The notes under the pieces were generated by a model. That model was not told where the DNA came from. It saw only the letters and a list, made by a program, of their open reading frames with translations, and searched no databases. From Selaginella moellendorffii (Eukaryota > Plantae > Lycopodiophyta), in the NCBI RefSeq assembly GCF_000143415.4, contig NW_003314307.1:1282952-1346951 (forward strand): DNA of 64,000 nucleotides, given 5' to 3'. A program made the position numbers and the translations under genes. This document shows, one piece after another, positions 49,849 to 61,516 of the stretch (position 1 is the stretch's first letter; every line of letters begins with the position of its first letter).

Positions 49849-52660
49849 CTTGAACCCGGGTTATGAATGCTCTTGTTGCATCTCTTGCATGGTCTGGCAA
49901 GGTGATGGTGGCACTCTGCTTCCGCATTCAACCATGCATAACATTATCCACCGATATGCTCATGCTGGGATCCCTTGGATTCAGCACCCATCTCTTTTCT
50001 AGGCAATCCTTCGTATATCCGGAACTTGGCTTGAACCACTCCACAGTTACATTGAAGGAGTTAGTTTCCGCGTCCTCCTCTGCATCAGTGATGCAACGCC
50101 CCACCCATATCATTTGTTTTTTATTACTGGGTCTGACAAGCACGACCATTCCTTTGCAGACCTGTACTGGATTGAATGCTGAATCCGGCTTCTTGTTCCT
50201 CGGCCCACAATAGTGATCCTCAACATCGTTATCTGTCACTGCATTTCCAGAGGACATTGTTCCACTACTATCTGGTGCTCTGGGTTCTGGCCAAAAGGAC
50301 TCTTCCAATTCTTCATATACAACCGGCCCATTTTGGATAGCAGATATAATCTTCTCCCAGTATTCGAGCAAAGGCTTGCACCTCTGAAAATAGGATTCTC
50401 CACCAAACACCAAGCCCCTCTTCCAGAAGGCAATATGCTATCTAATCCCGGCCACTATACTTTCCTGGACTTTGAGTCCATCCGGGTGCATCGGCCGTGG
50501 GGAACCCTGAGGAATCATAGGTTCCCCAGTTATGGGATCTCTGTTGAAGAGTTCAATGCCGTCCATTGGCAGCCACACTGTGTCCCATTCTCTCATCTTG
50601 TACCTCATCACTGGAGCACCGTCACGCATGCTGAAATGAAACTAAAGAGGCTTGGAGTGGCCAATCAGCGTTTCGGATCCGTCCCTGATGTAGCCTCTTA
50701 CAAACCCCTTAAAGTCTGGAACCTTTGTCACAAGTGCAGCTTCAACAGTGCCTTTGATGCAATTTTGGAATTCATCGTAGAGTTGTGGGAGGGTGAGGAC
50801 ATTGGATCGCCGGAGGGACTCTGCCAGGTGACTGAACATGGCATCGACGTCTTCATGAGTGTGCCCAACCATGAGAAAGCCAAGTGTAACCGTTTCAAAT
50901 ATGCCTTTGGCAACAAGCATCGCCAAGTACGCGAAGACGTACATGTTTTTGTTCTCACTGCCAGCATTGTCTGTTTGGAGCAGAAGATAGGGTGGAAGGC
51001 CACATCGGCCGCAAGAACTTCCTTGAGATTCTGCTTCGTTTAGATGAGGCTGTGCATTCACCGGGCGACCAGCCTCGTCGGAATGGCATGAGGCCTCACG
51101 TGATAACCCTACAATTTGACGGCCAACATATTCACTGGGATGGCATGGGGCCCCACGCGATACTGCAAGCCTTTGCTCCTCCTCCAGCTGAACCCTGTAT
51201 GGGGTTCGATCGACAAGGGCCTTATGCAAGGGTTGGCCGTTCAGCTCAGTCTGCGCACTTTGCAGAGACCTTAAGTGTTTTGCTAGGGACGCAATCATCA
51301 TGTTTGCACCCCCGCCACCCCATAGAGGTACAAAGAAGTTCCCATAGTTCTGGGCACCATGCCCATGAGCGATTATGCCAAACAGAGACACAGGCAGCTG
51401 CATGGATGAAGAGATTGCCTTGGGGGCAGGATTGAGTCGAGGTAAGCACGTCTTTTTCTGGTCCATTTTGTCGTGGATGATGCAGAGGTAAGAGTTAGGT
51501 CTCTCCATGGAGAGAATCTTGTTATGATAATATGCAGTCTTGCAGCTTCTCTGCTCGATGTTGTGGTCGAGCCGCCTTCTAACCAACGTCTCTCGCTCTT
51601 GAGCGATGCAAGAATTCTTCGACAAAGCCATTTTGATAGCAGTGCACTCGTCACACTTTGAAAAGCTGGAGTACTTTCCTATACTCACATCCCTGAACTT
51701 GTTGCTCCACAATCTACTAAATCTAGATTGGCTCAGCTTCCTGTAGCCATTACTCTGGAGTTCCCGATTCACATCTTCCAATATGGCCCCCTTGGTATAC
51801 ATGGAAGGGAAAACTCGTTGCGTGTCTCGAGTTCCATCTTCCAAGAGGCGGGTTTTATGTGGTTGCTGCTCGCTACATGTCTCGACAAACCTCTTGAAGA
51901 TTGCCTCTCCATATACAACATGACCCCTGGTTTTGTGAGTACCGTCGTTCCCATGGACTGCCTGTTGAACCCTTTGTTCCTCGAACTCAGTTTTGATTCT
52001 GTAGAATGTGGTTCGAGGGACTCCATAAATGATTCTCCATGCCTTCATGCAGACCAAACCCCTCTGGAAGACCATGCCCCCCACCTGATGTTCTGAAGCA
52101 TCAACAGATGATCGTAATGCCTCATACACAAAATTGCGAGCTGCCTTCCAGGACAATGTCTTGTATCTTGCTCTCTCCTCTTCAATAGCATCCCAATCAG
52201 CATGTTGACAGCACCTCCTCTTGCAACAAGCAACTGTTGAGACCATTTGAACCTCCATCGCCATTTTCTGCCTTTTCGGTTCGTTGCTCAGATCCCTTTG
52301 GCTGCGCTTTAGGAAGGTGTACTTTCTTTTCCCATGAAGAGATGTTCTGTCATCAGTTGTAGTGGTGCTTGATTGTGAATCCTTCACATTCTCAAACACT
52401 AAGTGCCTCAATTTCCACCGCACAATGCTTCCAATAGTCAGACTGTTTTCTTCTGTGTCAACAACCTCTAAAATCGCAACTCCAATATCATCCCAGCCCA
52501 ATTCTTGATTAGCAACCGCATCTCTTGGATCGACAACTGTGGCTAAGCCCTCATCTACCACCTCCCCCTCGGGGTTGTTTAGAAATACCTTTGCCTGAAT
52601 CCATGTAGCACGGTTCTTAAGATCCACGGAGGGAACATGTGTCGCACTTGCGGAGGCCAT
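49849..52660 (-). pseudogene. Sola-like DDD transposase with three in-frame premature stops
   Basis: FSKCDEC, IIHDKMDQKK, LLQTDNAGSENKN and FLMVGHTHEDVDAMFS. ORFs 50642-52660, 50438-50629 and 49928-50413 are in one frame, separated by TAG, TAG and TGA, then a GT splice donor at ~49848. Confidence 0.8.
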
Positions 52661-53317
52661 TTTGAAAGTGCAGAAAAGAAGTTAAGACCATACAAAAAAT
52701 GATTGGAGAATGGCCTAAATCATAACATACCAAACAACCTCAATAGCATGAGGCCACATGCCATTATTCAAACATGCTATTGACACCCACGTGAAATTTC
52801 GCATTCACAAAATTGGCATGAGCCCTCATGCCATTAGTGGTACCACTAATGGCATGAGGCCTCATGCCATCTTGATATACACACAGCTGCAGGCAAGTAA
52901 AAACATACATGACAATACGCTAGCCATGAAATTGCAAAGGCCCAAGATGGCATGTGGCCTCATGCCATTTCTAAATGTGGTCCTAAGCCATTCCATGGTG
53001 AACATACCAGGAAGCACAAGTGCCGAATATCAAGAGGAAGCAGTAGCCACACCAAAGACAGTGCCGCTCGCAACACCGCAACTACTCGTAGAGCCGCTCG
53101 CAACACCGCAATTGCTCGTAGCGCCGCTCGCACAAACTGCCACTCGCATAAACTGCCGCTCGCAATGGCGCTCGCAATGCCGCAACCGCTCGTAGACGCA
53201 TAAACCACAGCTCACAACGCCGCTTACACAAGCAGCGCTCACTGCGCTCAGCGGAACCAAGAACACGGCGCACAAAAATGATAGACCTAGGAATGAGTTC
53301 GAGAATTCAAAAATAAC

Positions 53318-55240
53318 ACACGCTTGAACGTCACATCAAATCCTCTGACAAACCAGATCTTATGATTCCTCTGAAAAATTTCAAACTGAGTAGCTTCTAG
53401 ACTTTGCTGTCGGAGGTTGAACTTTGTCACATCATGTCCTTGCCTCGATCCAGCTGTGCCATGTCAGTGATTCGAACTTTGCCATGCCATGTCAGCGATC
53501 CGTGCCAAGATTATTCGCCATGTAAAGGAATAATTATGCTGTGTGTGTACGTCCATTTATGGCAATATAAGGCCACACGCCATTCAAAGAATAATGCTAG
53601 TCGAGCATTTTTTGGTGCATTTTTGGGTTCAAAATTGCATGAGCCCACACGCTATAAAGTTTACCTGTACCAAAAATAGAAACAGCTTTATTTACTTGGG
53701 AATTTAAGTGGTTGAGGCATTTTTAAACTTACAAACACATGCCCTACTTACATTCCTTTGGTTGCTTAAAATTCAAAAATATTATAAACCTTTCTTTTTG
53801 CATTTTCAATGTTTTCAATTATGGTTTTTGATTTTTGCAGGACCAGTCTAGTAATCTATTTGCATCCCGTCATGTTTATAGCTAGCTTTCGTTTGTCCCC
53901 TTCGCTAGCCTGAGATACATCTGCTCGGCATCTGCCTCTTACAGCATTTGCCCAGAAAGGGCATTTTTCTTCACGCAGCATTTGCCACATGTTTAGGGTT
54001 TAGGGTTTAGGGCTTAGCAATTCAGTAGCTTGATAAACATGCAAATACAGAACTTGATGCAAAATCCTTTGATATGTCACAATGCCCCTAGGACCATAAA
54101 CATATTTCAATATAGAGGGTTCTTTCATTTCATAACTCCTTACGTAGATCTTGGTAAAACCAGAGTTAGTGAAGTTAGTTTCTTGTGATCTTGCATTTGA
54201 TTGTGATGTCCCTTTGCAGTGTCGATGGAAAGGTCAATGCACACCAAACTGTAAAATCTTGGAGCAAAATAACGGTCGGATCTATGGCAAATGCCCCTGA
54301 AACATTGTAAGGCTCGTGTGGTCTCATATGGTGTCCGATCGAGATGCTTCTTTGTAGGGTCATCAAGAAAGACATTGTATACCATTCTGTAAAATCTAGT
54401 TGCGATTTAACGGTTGGATCTTTAGAAAACTCAAAAAAATCTCGCACGTGTTAGAATATTCTAGGAATATACTCCTATGTGCCCCTGAAAATGGCATGCG
54501 GCCCCACGCCATTCAAGAGATAACACCAGATGACACCGAGCATTTTTTGGTGCATTTTTTGGGATCAAAATTGCATGAGCCCACACGCTTGAACGTCACA
54601 TCAAATCCTCTGACAAACCAGATCTTATAATTCCTCTGACAAATTTCAAACTGAGTAGCTTTTAGACTTTGCTGTCGAACGTTGAATTTTGTCACATCAT
54701 GTCCTTGCCTCGATCCAGCTGTGCCATGTCAGTGATTCGAACTTTGCCATGCCATATCAGCGATCCGCGCCAAGATTATTCGCCGTGTAACTGCTCGGCA
54801 TCTGCCTCTTACAGCATTTGCCCAGAAAGGGCATCTTTCTTCACGCAACATTTGCCACATGTTTAGGGTTTAGGGTTTAGCAATTCAGTAGCTCGATAAA
54901 CATGCAAATACAGAACTTGATGCAAAATCCTTTGATATGTCAGGACCATAAACACATTTCAATAGAGAGGGTCCTTTCATTTCATAACTCCTTAAGTAGA
55001 TCTTGGTGAAACCAGAGTTAGTGAAGTTGGTTTCTTGTGATCCCGCATCTGATTGTGATGTCCCTTTGAAGTGTTGATGGAAAGGTCAATGCACACAAAA
55101 CTGTAGAATCTTGGAGCAAAATAACGGTCGGATCTATGGCAAATGCCCCTGAAACATTGTAAGGCTCGTGTGGTTTCATGTGGTGTCCGATCGAGATGCT
55201 TCTTTGTAGGGTCATCAAGAAGGACATTGTATACCATTCT
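53318..55240. repeat. Internal tandem duplication in the transposon spacer, with short telomere-like TTTAGGG tracts
   Basis: 53318-53522 matches 54584-54790 and 53920-54390 matches 54791-55240. TTTAGGG repeats at 53992-54012 and 54862-54880. Confidence 0.85.
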
Positions 55241-55901
55241 TTATTTAGCTGAACATCTGGCATTTTTGGAAATACAAGATGCTTTGGAATATCCAATCAT
55301 GCATGGTATAAATATAGCGAGGGTATTAAATGATATCCCAATCATGATCTTTCTTTTGGATTTCGCGTGCATGCAGTCCGAGGAATGATGACGTTGCGGA
55401 TTTCTTTTGGATTTCACGTGCATGCATGCGCGCGGCGATCCAGAAATTAATGGTGGCGCCCAAGTCCGAGGAATGATGACGTTGCGGGATTACCAACCGT
55501 CGTGACATTTCGCGCGTGTGAGGTTAGGTTTTGCATTTTGCTTCGTACTCGCGCTCGCATCGCGCTCCCACTCGCGATCACGCTCACATTCGCGCTCATC
55601 TACCTTCTCTACAGGTTTCTTGTGTGCATCGGTGTCCACTCGCGCTTGCATCACACTCGCGCTCGCATCGCGCTCGTGTGCATCGGCGTCCACTTCAAGA
55701 CACACCCAGTTTGTAACTTTGCCGCCAACTCCGCCGCCCACTTCGCCACCCACACGCAGCCCACTTGGCGTCTCGGGAGATTTCAGCGCCACTCTCCAAC
55801 TGTAAGTGGCAGAGTAGCCTTGCTGCTACGATCCGCTGCACACACAGTGCACATTCGCCAGCGAGTCCAGCCTCGATTGTCACTCCTCCATTCGGCTTCA
55901 A

Positions 55902-58900
55902 ATGGTAAGTCTTTTAGGCCAAGTAGAAAATGGCATGAGGCCACATGCCATTCAGTAGCAACATTGGCATGCACCGATTGGGCTCTCGAGTGCAGTCCGG
56001 TTACAGATGGCGTGTAGCCTCACGCCATCTTAGGATGCAGCCTCAAGACATCTGATGCAGTGGTGAATGGCGTATGGCCTCACATTATTTCCAGCTGCTA
56101 GCTTTTCATCTGTCAGCTCTAATTGTTGTGCATTTCTGAACAGGCGAGGAATTGCGTTCTTCTTCCAGCCACTGTCAATGTGGATGTAGAGAAGGGGGAG
56201 GAGCTCACCAGTTAGACTTTCGGGATGGAAGGTGAGGATCTGAGGCTGTACAACACAGATGGTGGGAGAAAAGAATGCATGGGGATCTTCATCCAAGTGA
56301 CAGACACTCCATGCAGTTCCATGCAAGAATATGGACTGGCACTTGTGGTAGAGACAGCGTCCGCCTTCAAGATCCACTTTGCACATCCTAGCGGCTTCCC
56401 AGAGGGGGGCAGCGGCTATGAGGAATTCCTAGAGGGAGCTAGGGAGAGGTTGTCCAGGAGGCCCACAATTTCAAAGACGCTGCGGGGTCTATGAAGATCA
56501 CATGGAATCCACGGACCTCACCTATGGCGATGTTCAAAAACTATATTCCAACATTGAGCCGTTGAGAGTGCCTCCAGTTCGCAAAGCGAAGGGGAACGGG
56601 GTCGATCTGGAAACTACCCCGAAGCAAAAAAGGGTGGTCAAGCTCAAGCCGACGTCCGACTCTCCTGCTCCAAAAAAGAAGCTACTCGGTGATGCCATTG
56701 CCTCGGGTTCGAACACTACACCCACCAAAAAAAAGAGCCGCAAAGAGCAGAAAGAGCAAGAAGAGGCAGCAAAAATCGTCGCAGATAATAGTACTTGTTA
56801 CTATTCCAACAAAGTATATACAATCGACGTGAGCCGTATCGACATCCAAAGCAAATACAACCACAGGCTAGTATCTGATGAGTGGGTGGAGAAACTGAAG
56901 CAGAAGATGCTGGCAAGTCCAGTAACACCTGACATCGCAGACGTGATCCCCTACTACCGAACAATGAAGGGCGAGACGAGGTTTCCAGACTTGATCAATA
57001 GGAAGGTGTTGGACGATCAGAACATCCGGTTCTATGCCGTCTCCGGGCAGCATTCTAGCTTGGCGATGCAAAAGATAGTTGTGGATATTATGGTGGGCGA
57101 GGAGGTGAAGAAAGTCTTCAAGACAAGAGTTGTCCGCCTGATAAAAGGCAACTCGCCCCTCCGATCTATCATATACATCTCCCACGCGCAGAATGTCAAG
57201 CAAGAAACGTGCTACAAATCGGGTCTGCACGAGACATTGGCACGAACACGGAAGCTCTGGGTTCAACTGAAGAAGCCACAAAAACCAGGACAAGGACGTG
57301 CACTAGCAACTAGCGCCTGGCAGGTAAGCCTCGTTGCATGTGGCATAGCATGTGGCCTCACGCCATTTCCATTGCAGGAATTCTCAAGTCTTCTCTCGAA
57401 AACACTGGGGGTCAATGACACACTCAGCATCCATAACATTCTACTCGTGACAAAAGTTGTTTTTGACAAATGGGTAGATGTGCTGAGGAGGTACCATGAC
57501 GGGGAGTTGCTAAACTCAATGGGTGTGGAGGACGGCCGGAAGCCCAATGATTTGAAGCTCAATGCCTTGCGTTTCTCGCGGTCTCTAGACGATGACGACC
57601 TTCTGACAGTGGCTAATGCTCTTCTACGTGGTGAGGTAGTCTTCAACAAGACCAAAATGACTCCCGGCCATATTGTGACATACGAGGACTTGTGCACAAC
57701 TCTGAGAGCTCGTGCGCTATTGAAGGATTGGATCTTCGAGCAAGTGGCCATGGAGAGGGTGAGCATCGACACCACGCAAGAGATGATGGAAGAGCTGGAG
57801 TTGTCAAATGAAGACATCGACGAGTACGTGAAGGGGGCCCCCAAGTTCATTGATCTGCTGCGGGATGCCACGAAAAGTAAAGCTGAGAAGTTGGATCAGT
57901 ATCCAAATTTCATTAAGAGGGATGTCAACTGCCGGCTTCAGAAACAGCTCGACCCCGCAGCAGAGGCCTATCGAGAACCTTACCGGGTATACGTGAATTC
58001 GGATGAGGATCAAAGGTGGAGGAGCATCATTTCCCGTGGAGATGAGCAGGTCAAGAACAGTTTTTGTGTGATGGACTTCACAAACGAGGAGATCACTCAT
58101 GCAAACGAAGTCAGCTCCATCATTGACTTAATGGTGGGACTTGCGGAGGTGGAATCTTCAGTCCACTATATGATCTACGACTCTGAATCCTATCACAAGT
58201 TCTGGAAGGCCTTGAACGAGGTGAAGGCTCGGTTGAAAGGCAAGGAGATGCAGGAGATCCATGGGATAATGGCTAAGAAGAAGATACCGACGAATGTCCG
58301 CATCTTCACACTCGCCCTTGTTATTGGTCCTGCAGCAGAGTGGGACTGGAGTGACTTCCCAGCTTCGTTTGACAAGGCCGATCGAATTGATCTGAGGGAG
58401 GTCAATTTACCCGTGCCTGAGGAACTGAAGACGGCTATGGAGCTTTCGAATCCAGAGAAAGCTCTAGGTGCAGCATGGGAAATGCTTAGCTGGGTCTTCA
58501 ACGCAATAGCGGGTGGGCACCTGCTTCCGACTCCAAGGGCAAATGCGTTGTCGAGTACAACTGCGGCGGACTATTCTTTTGAGCCGCACTACTCAAGGGT
58601 GTCCCGTGTGTTGTGGTGACAAACTCCATTGAAGAGGTGACTTCAATGGAGCATATAATGACAGTTGCCAAAGAAAAACAGTATCTTCTCTGCGAACCTG
58701 GTGAGTACGCACTTTAAGTTTAAATGTTATCTCACAAGCTCTGTATGCAGGAGCGTGGCCACCCCCAGATGCTGAAACGGCGTTAACAGCTACTGTTGAA
58801 GATACCCATGTTGGGCCGAGCTCACAACCTGCACAAGGTAAGGTCACGTGAGGCCTCACGCCATTTTGATTATAGATCGTTGTGAATATTCAGAAACGAG

Positions 58901-61516
58901 GACTGAAAAGCGCACTGATGGCACGTCGAAGAAGGACAAACAGACAAGCAATAGGAAAAAAGGAGGTACAAATTATATTTGCAATGGCGTGTGGTCTCAT
59001 GCCATTCCTTGCAGGAGACACTTCTTCAAAGGCAAAATAGGCAAGCACCAGCCAAGCTCAAACTGACAGTGGTCATAAAAAGCGAAAGCACGTTGGACAG
59101 TCGTCGGGATCAGAGGCGTTTGATTCGAAAAGGAAGAAGGGCAACAAAAAGATGATAGGTAATGCCTCGCAGTTATGGCGTGTGTGCTCATGCCATTCAT
59201 TGCAGATCAAGGGCTGAGTGAAAGCAGCCAGTCACCACCTCCTGACTCAGATTCCTATGGCAGACTCCCCTTCCCCAATCTCAATGGAGAGGTACAATGG
59301 ATGAGGGATGCTTTTCAAGTCAGGGCCACGTTTTTCTCATCTCGTCGTCTTCGAAGGGTGCAAGAACGTGCAGAAACCATGTTAAGATAGTCGGGTGAGG
59401 ATACGGTCCTAGGTCACGCACTAAAACAGGCTATGGATGTCTTGTATTTTGAGATGGAGACTCGGCCAGATGATTTTCCCAAGATGGTCCTGGAACAACA
59501 AGCCATCCAGCCTGAGCAGCCTATGGAAGAAATGCAGGAGGGGGATGAGGAGCCAGAGAAAGATAATGAGCAAGAAGAGCAGAAGGACGAAGAGGAGGAC
59601 AAAGAAGAGGAGGGCGAAGAGGACTTGGATGGTCTTCACAATGGTGACGATCACAATAACGACGACGACGATGATGATGACGATGGCCAGCCTGAGGTGG
59701 CCAAAGAGCAGCGGAGGAAGGTCATACAAGACAAACCATCAGGTAAATAATAGTACATCCATTCCTAACCTTTTACCATTTCTAACATTGTCCATGTAGG
59801 TCGCAGAGCAAATGGTAAGTAGAGATTATTCAGTTGAATTAAGATACAAACTCTAGCCTTTAGTGTCGAGGAAGGATAGTGCCAAGCAAGGGTCGAAACG
59901 TATGTCCAATCCTTCAGAATCAGCAGTGCGCCCAAGTGATATCGGTCCTAGTTCCTCAATAGCAGTTGATGGTAAATACAGTATAGTCGATTCAATGTGC
60001 TAATGAGTTTGTTTTTAGTAGCCAGTAGGGAGGATACCATCTCAATCGAAGGGAGATATTTGGACATGCATATGGATCCGCCAGTGGACTCTACTTGCCT
60101 GCAAGAGTCATCAGAGCTGGTGGAGGCTACTATCCATATCAACGCCAAGCAAACTGACCACGCTCCACTTGATGCTGCCCATACCACTGAGTCAATCTTG
60201 TCCACGTATCCAACTGACGGTGACCAGGCGCCATTGGACCCGCATGAGGCCGCCCCAGCCGCTGAGCCGGTCGTATCCTCATTTCCAACGGACTCAACGT
60301 GTGCCCAATCGTCTGACTACGCGCCATTGGAACCTCCCTACACCGCCCCTGCTGCCTGTTCGGTCATGTCCACTTTGCCAACGGAGGCACCAGCTGAAAT
60401 GGCGTGTGATCACACGCCATCAGAACCACCCCATGCCACTGTTGAGCCAGTTGTACCAGAGTCTACAGCTGAAATGGCATGTGCCCACACGCCATCGGAT
60501 GCGATTGACCCCACATTGCAAAGGAGAGTATTTCCGCCCTTCACGTTTCCTCGACCAAAACCCTCTCAACGACCATCGGGAGCACCATTCGCTAGTATTG
60601 TAGATGGTAAAATTGACTTGTTCCATTTTTTATGCTGACGCATTTCATTTCAGAGTCACGGCGAAGGTACTGTATCGTTTTTTATCTGAACGGTGTCCTT
60701 TTCTCCCATGAGCGTGGCTCGTCCTCGAATGTCACTGCACCCTCCAAAGCCTGTGGTCGCAAGTTGGTCAAAAGAGACAGATTCACATTAATCACACGGG
60801 AGAAACTGCGGGATCTAATAATGACCATGCGACACTTAAAACAGAGGGCTGGGTTCAATTTGCAGTTGGGAGTTTGGACATCCATGATGCGCCACAATGC
60901 ATTAACGTTGCTACTGATGATGCACGATCAGACGCGAGTAATATTACCATTTGACTTTCTCCTAACGCAGGAGGATTGCTTGACTATGGTCCATGTGAGG
61001 GGTAGCAAGCCCATCTTCGTCAAGCCAGAGGCTGTAGTGATGAACCGGACTGCTAGGTCAAGTGAAATCCTCATCATCGATGACTCACCGATTAAAACTG
61101 CAACGAACACGCACACATATGCAGTGCACCCCATCTCTTGCAGTATGGAAACTAGGGAGAAGAAACCGTATGTTCTGGGGGACCTTGCAAAACGGCTTGG
61201 AGCGATGGTGATAGAGAACCGGCCAGTCCAGGAGGTGACTGCAGAAATCAACCAAATGGCAGATGGAACGGTATATCAGAAGCCATTTGATTGGACAGAC
61301 ACCAGTCATCATTTATGGCATGTATATTGTCTAGCCAAGCACTATCCGCATCTCCATAATCTGCTCAACTAGATGGGTTCTTCGACCACTGAACATGAGC
61401 GTGGACGTATTAGAGAAGAGATGGCATTACTATTGGGTTTAAATCCTGATAGTGTGGAGAGTGATGAAATTCCAAGATTATTGTATAGGCGTTGGAGGCA
61501 AAAAATAACAGTCTGA
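55902..61516 (+). pseudogene. Transposon cargo gene (multi-exon, disrupted): ParB-like domain, degenerate DNA-MTase-like fold, acidic/Pro-rich linker, FCP1/NIF-like HAD domain
   Basis: 705-aa ORF 56502-58619 with HRLVSDEWVEKLKQKM...FYAVSGQHSSLA. Last exon 60632-61372 has CIVFYLNGVLF, LGVWTSMMRHN, FLLTQEDC, KPIFVKP and LIIDDSPIK. Short GT-AG introns, several TAG stops and frameshifts. Start codon and single-gene model are uncertain. Confidence 0.6.

Noticed and set aside
53992-54012. Telomere or chromosome-end signal
   Set aside because: Only about three TTTAGGG units, internal to a transposon.
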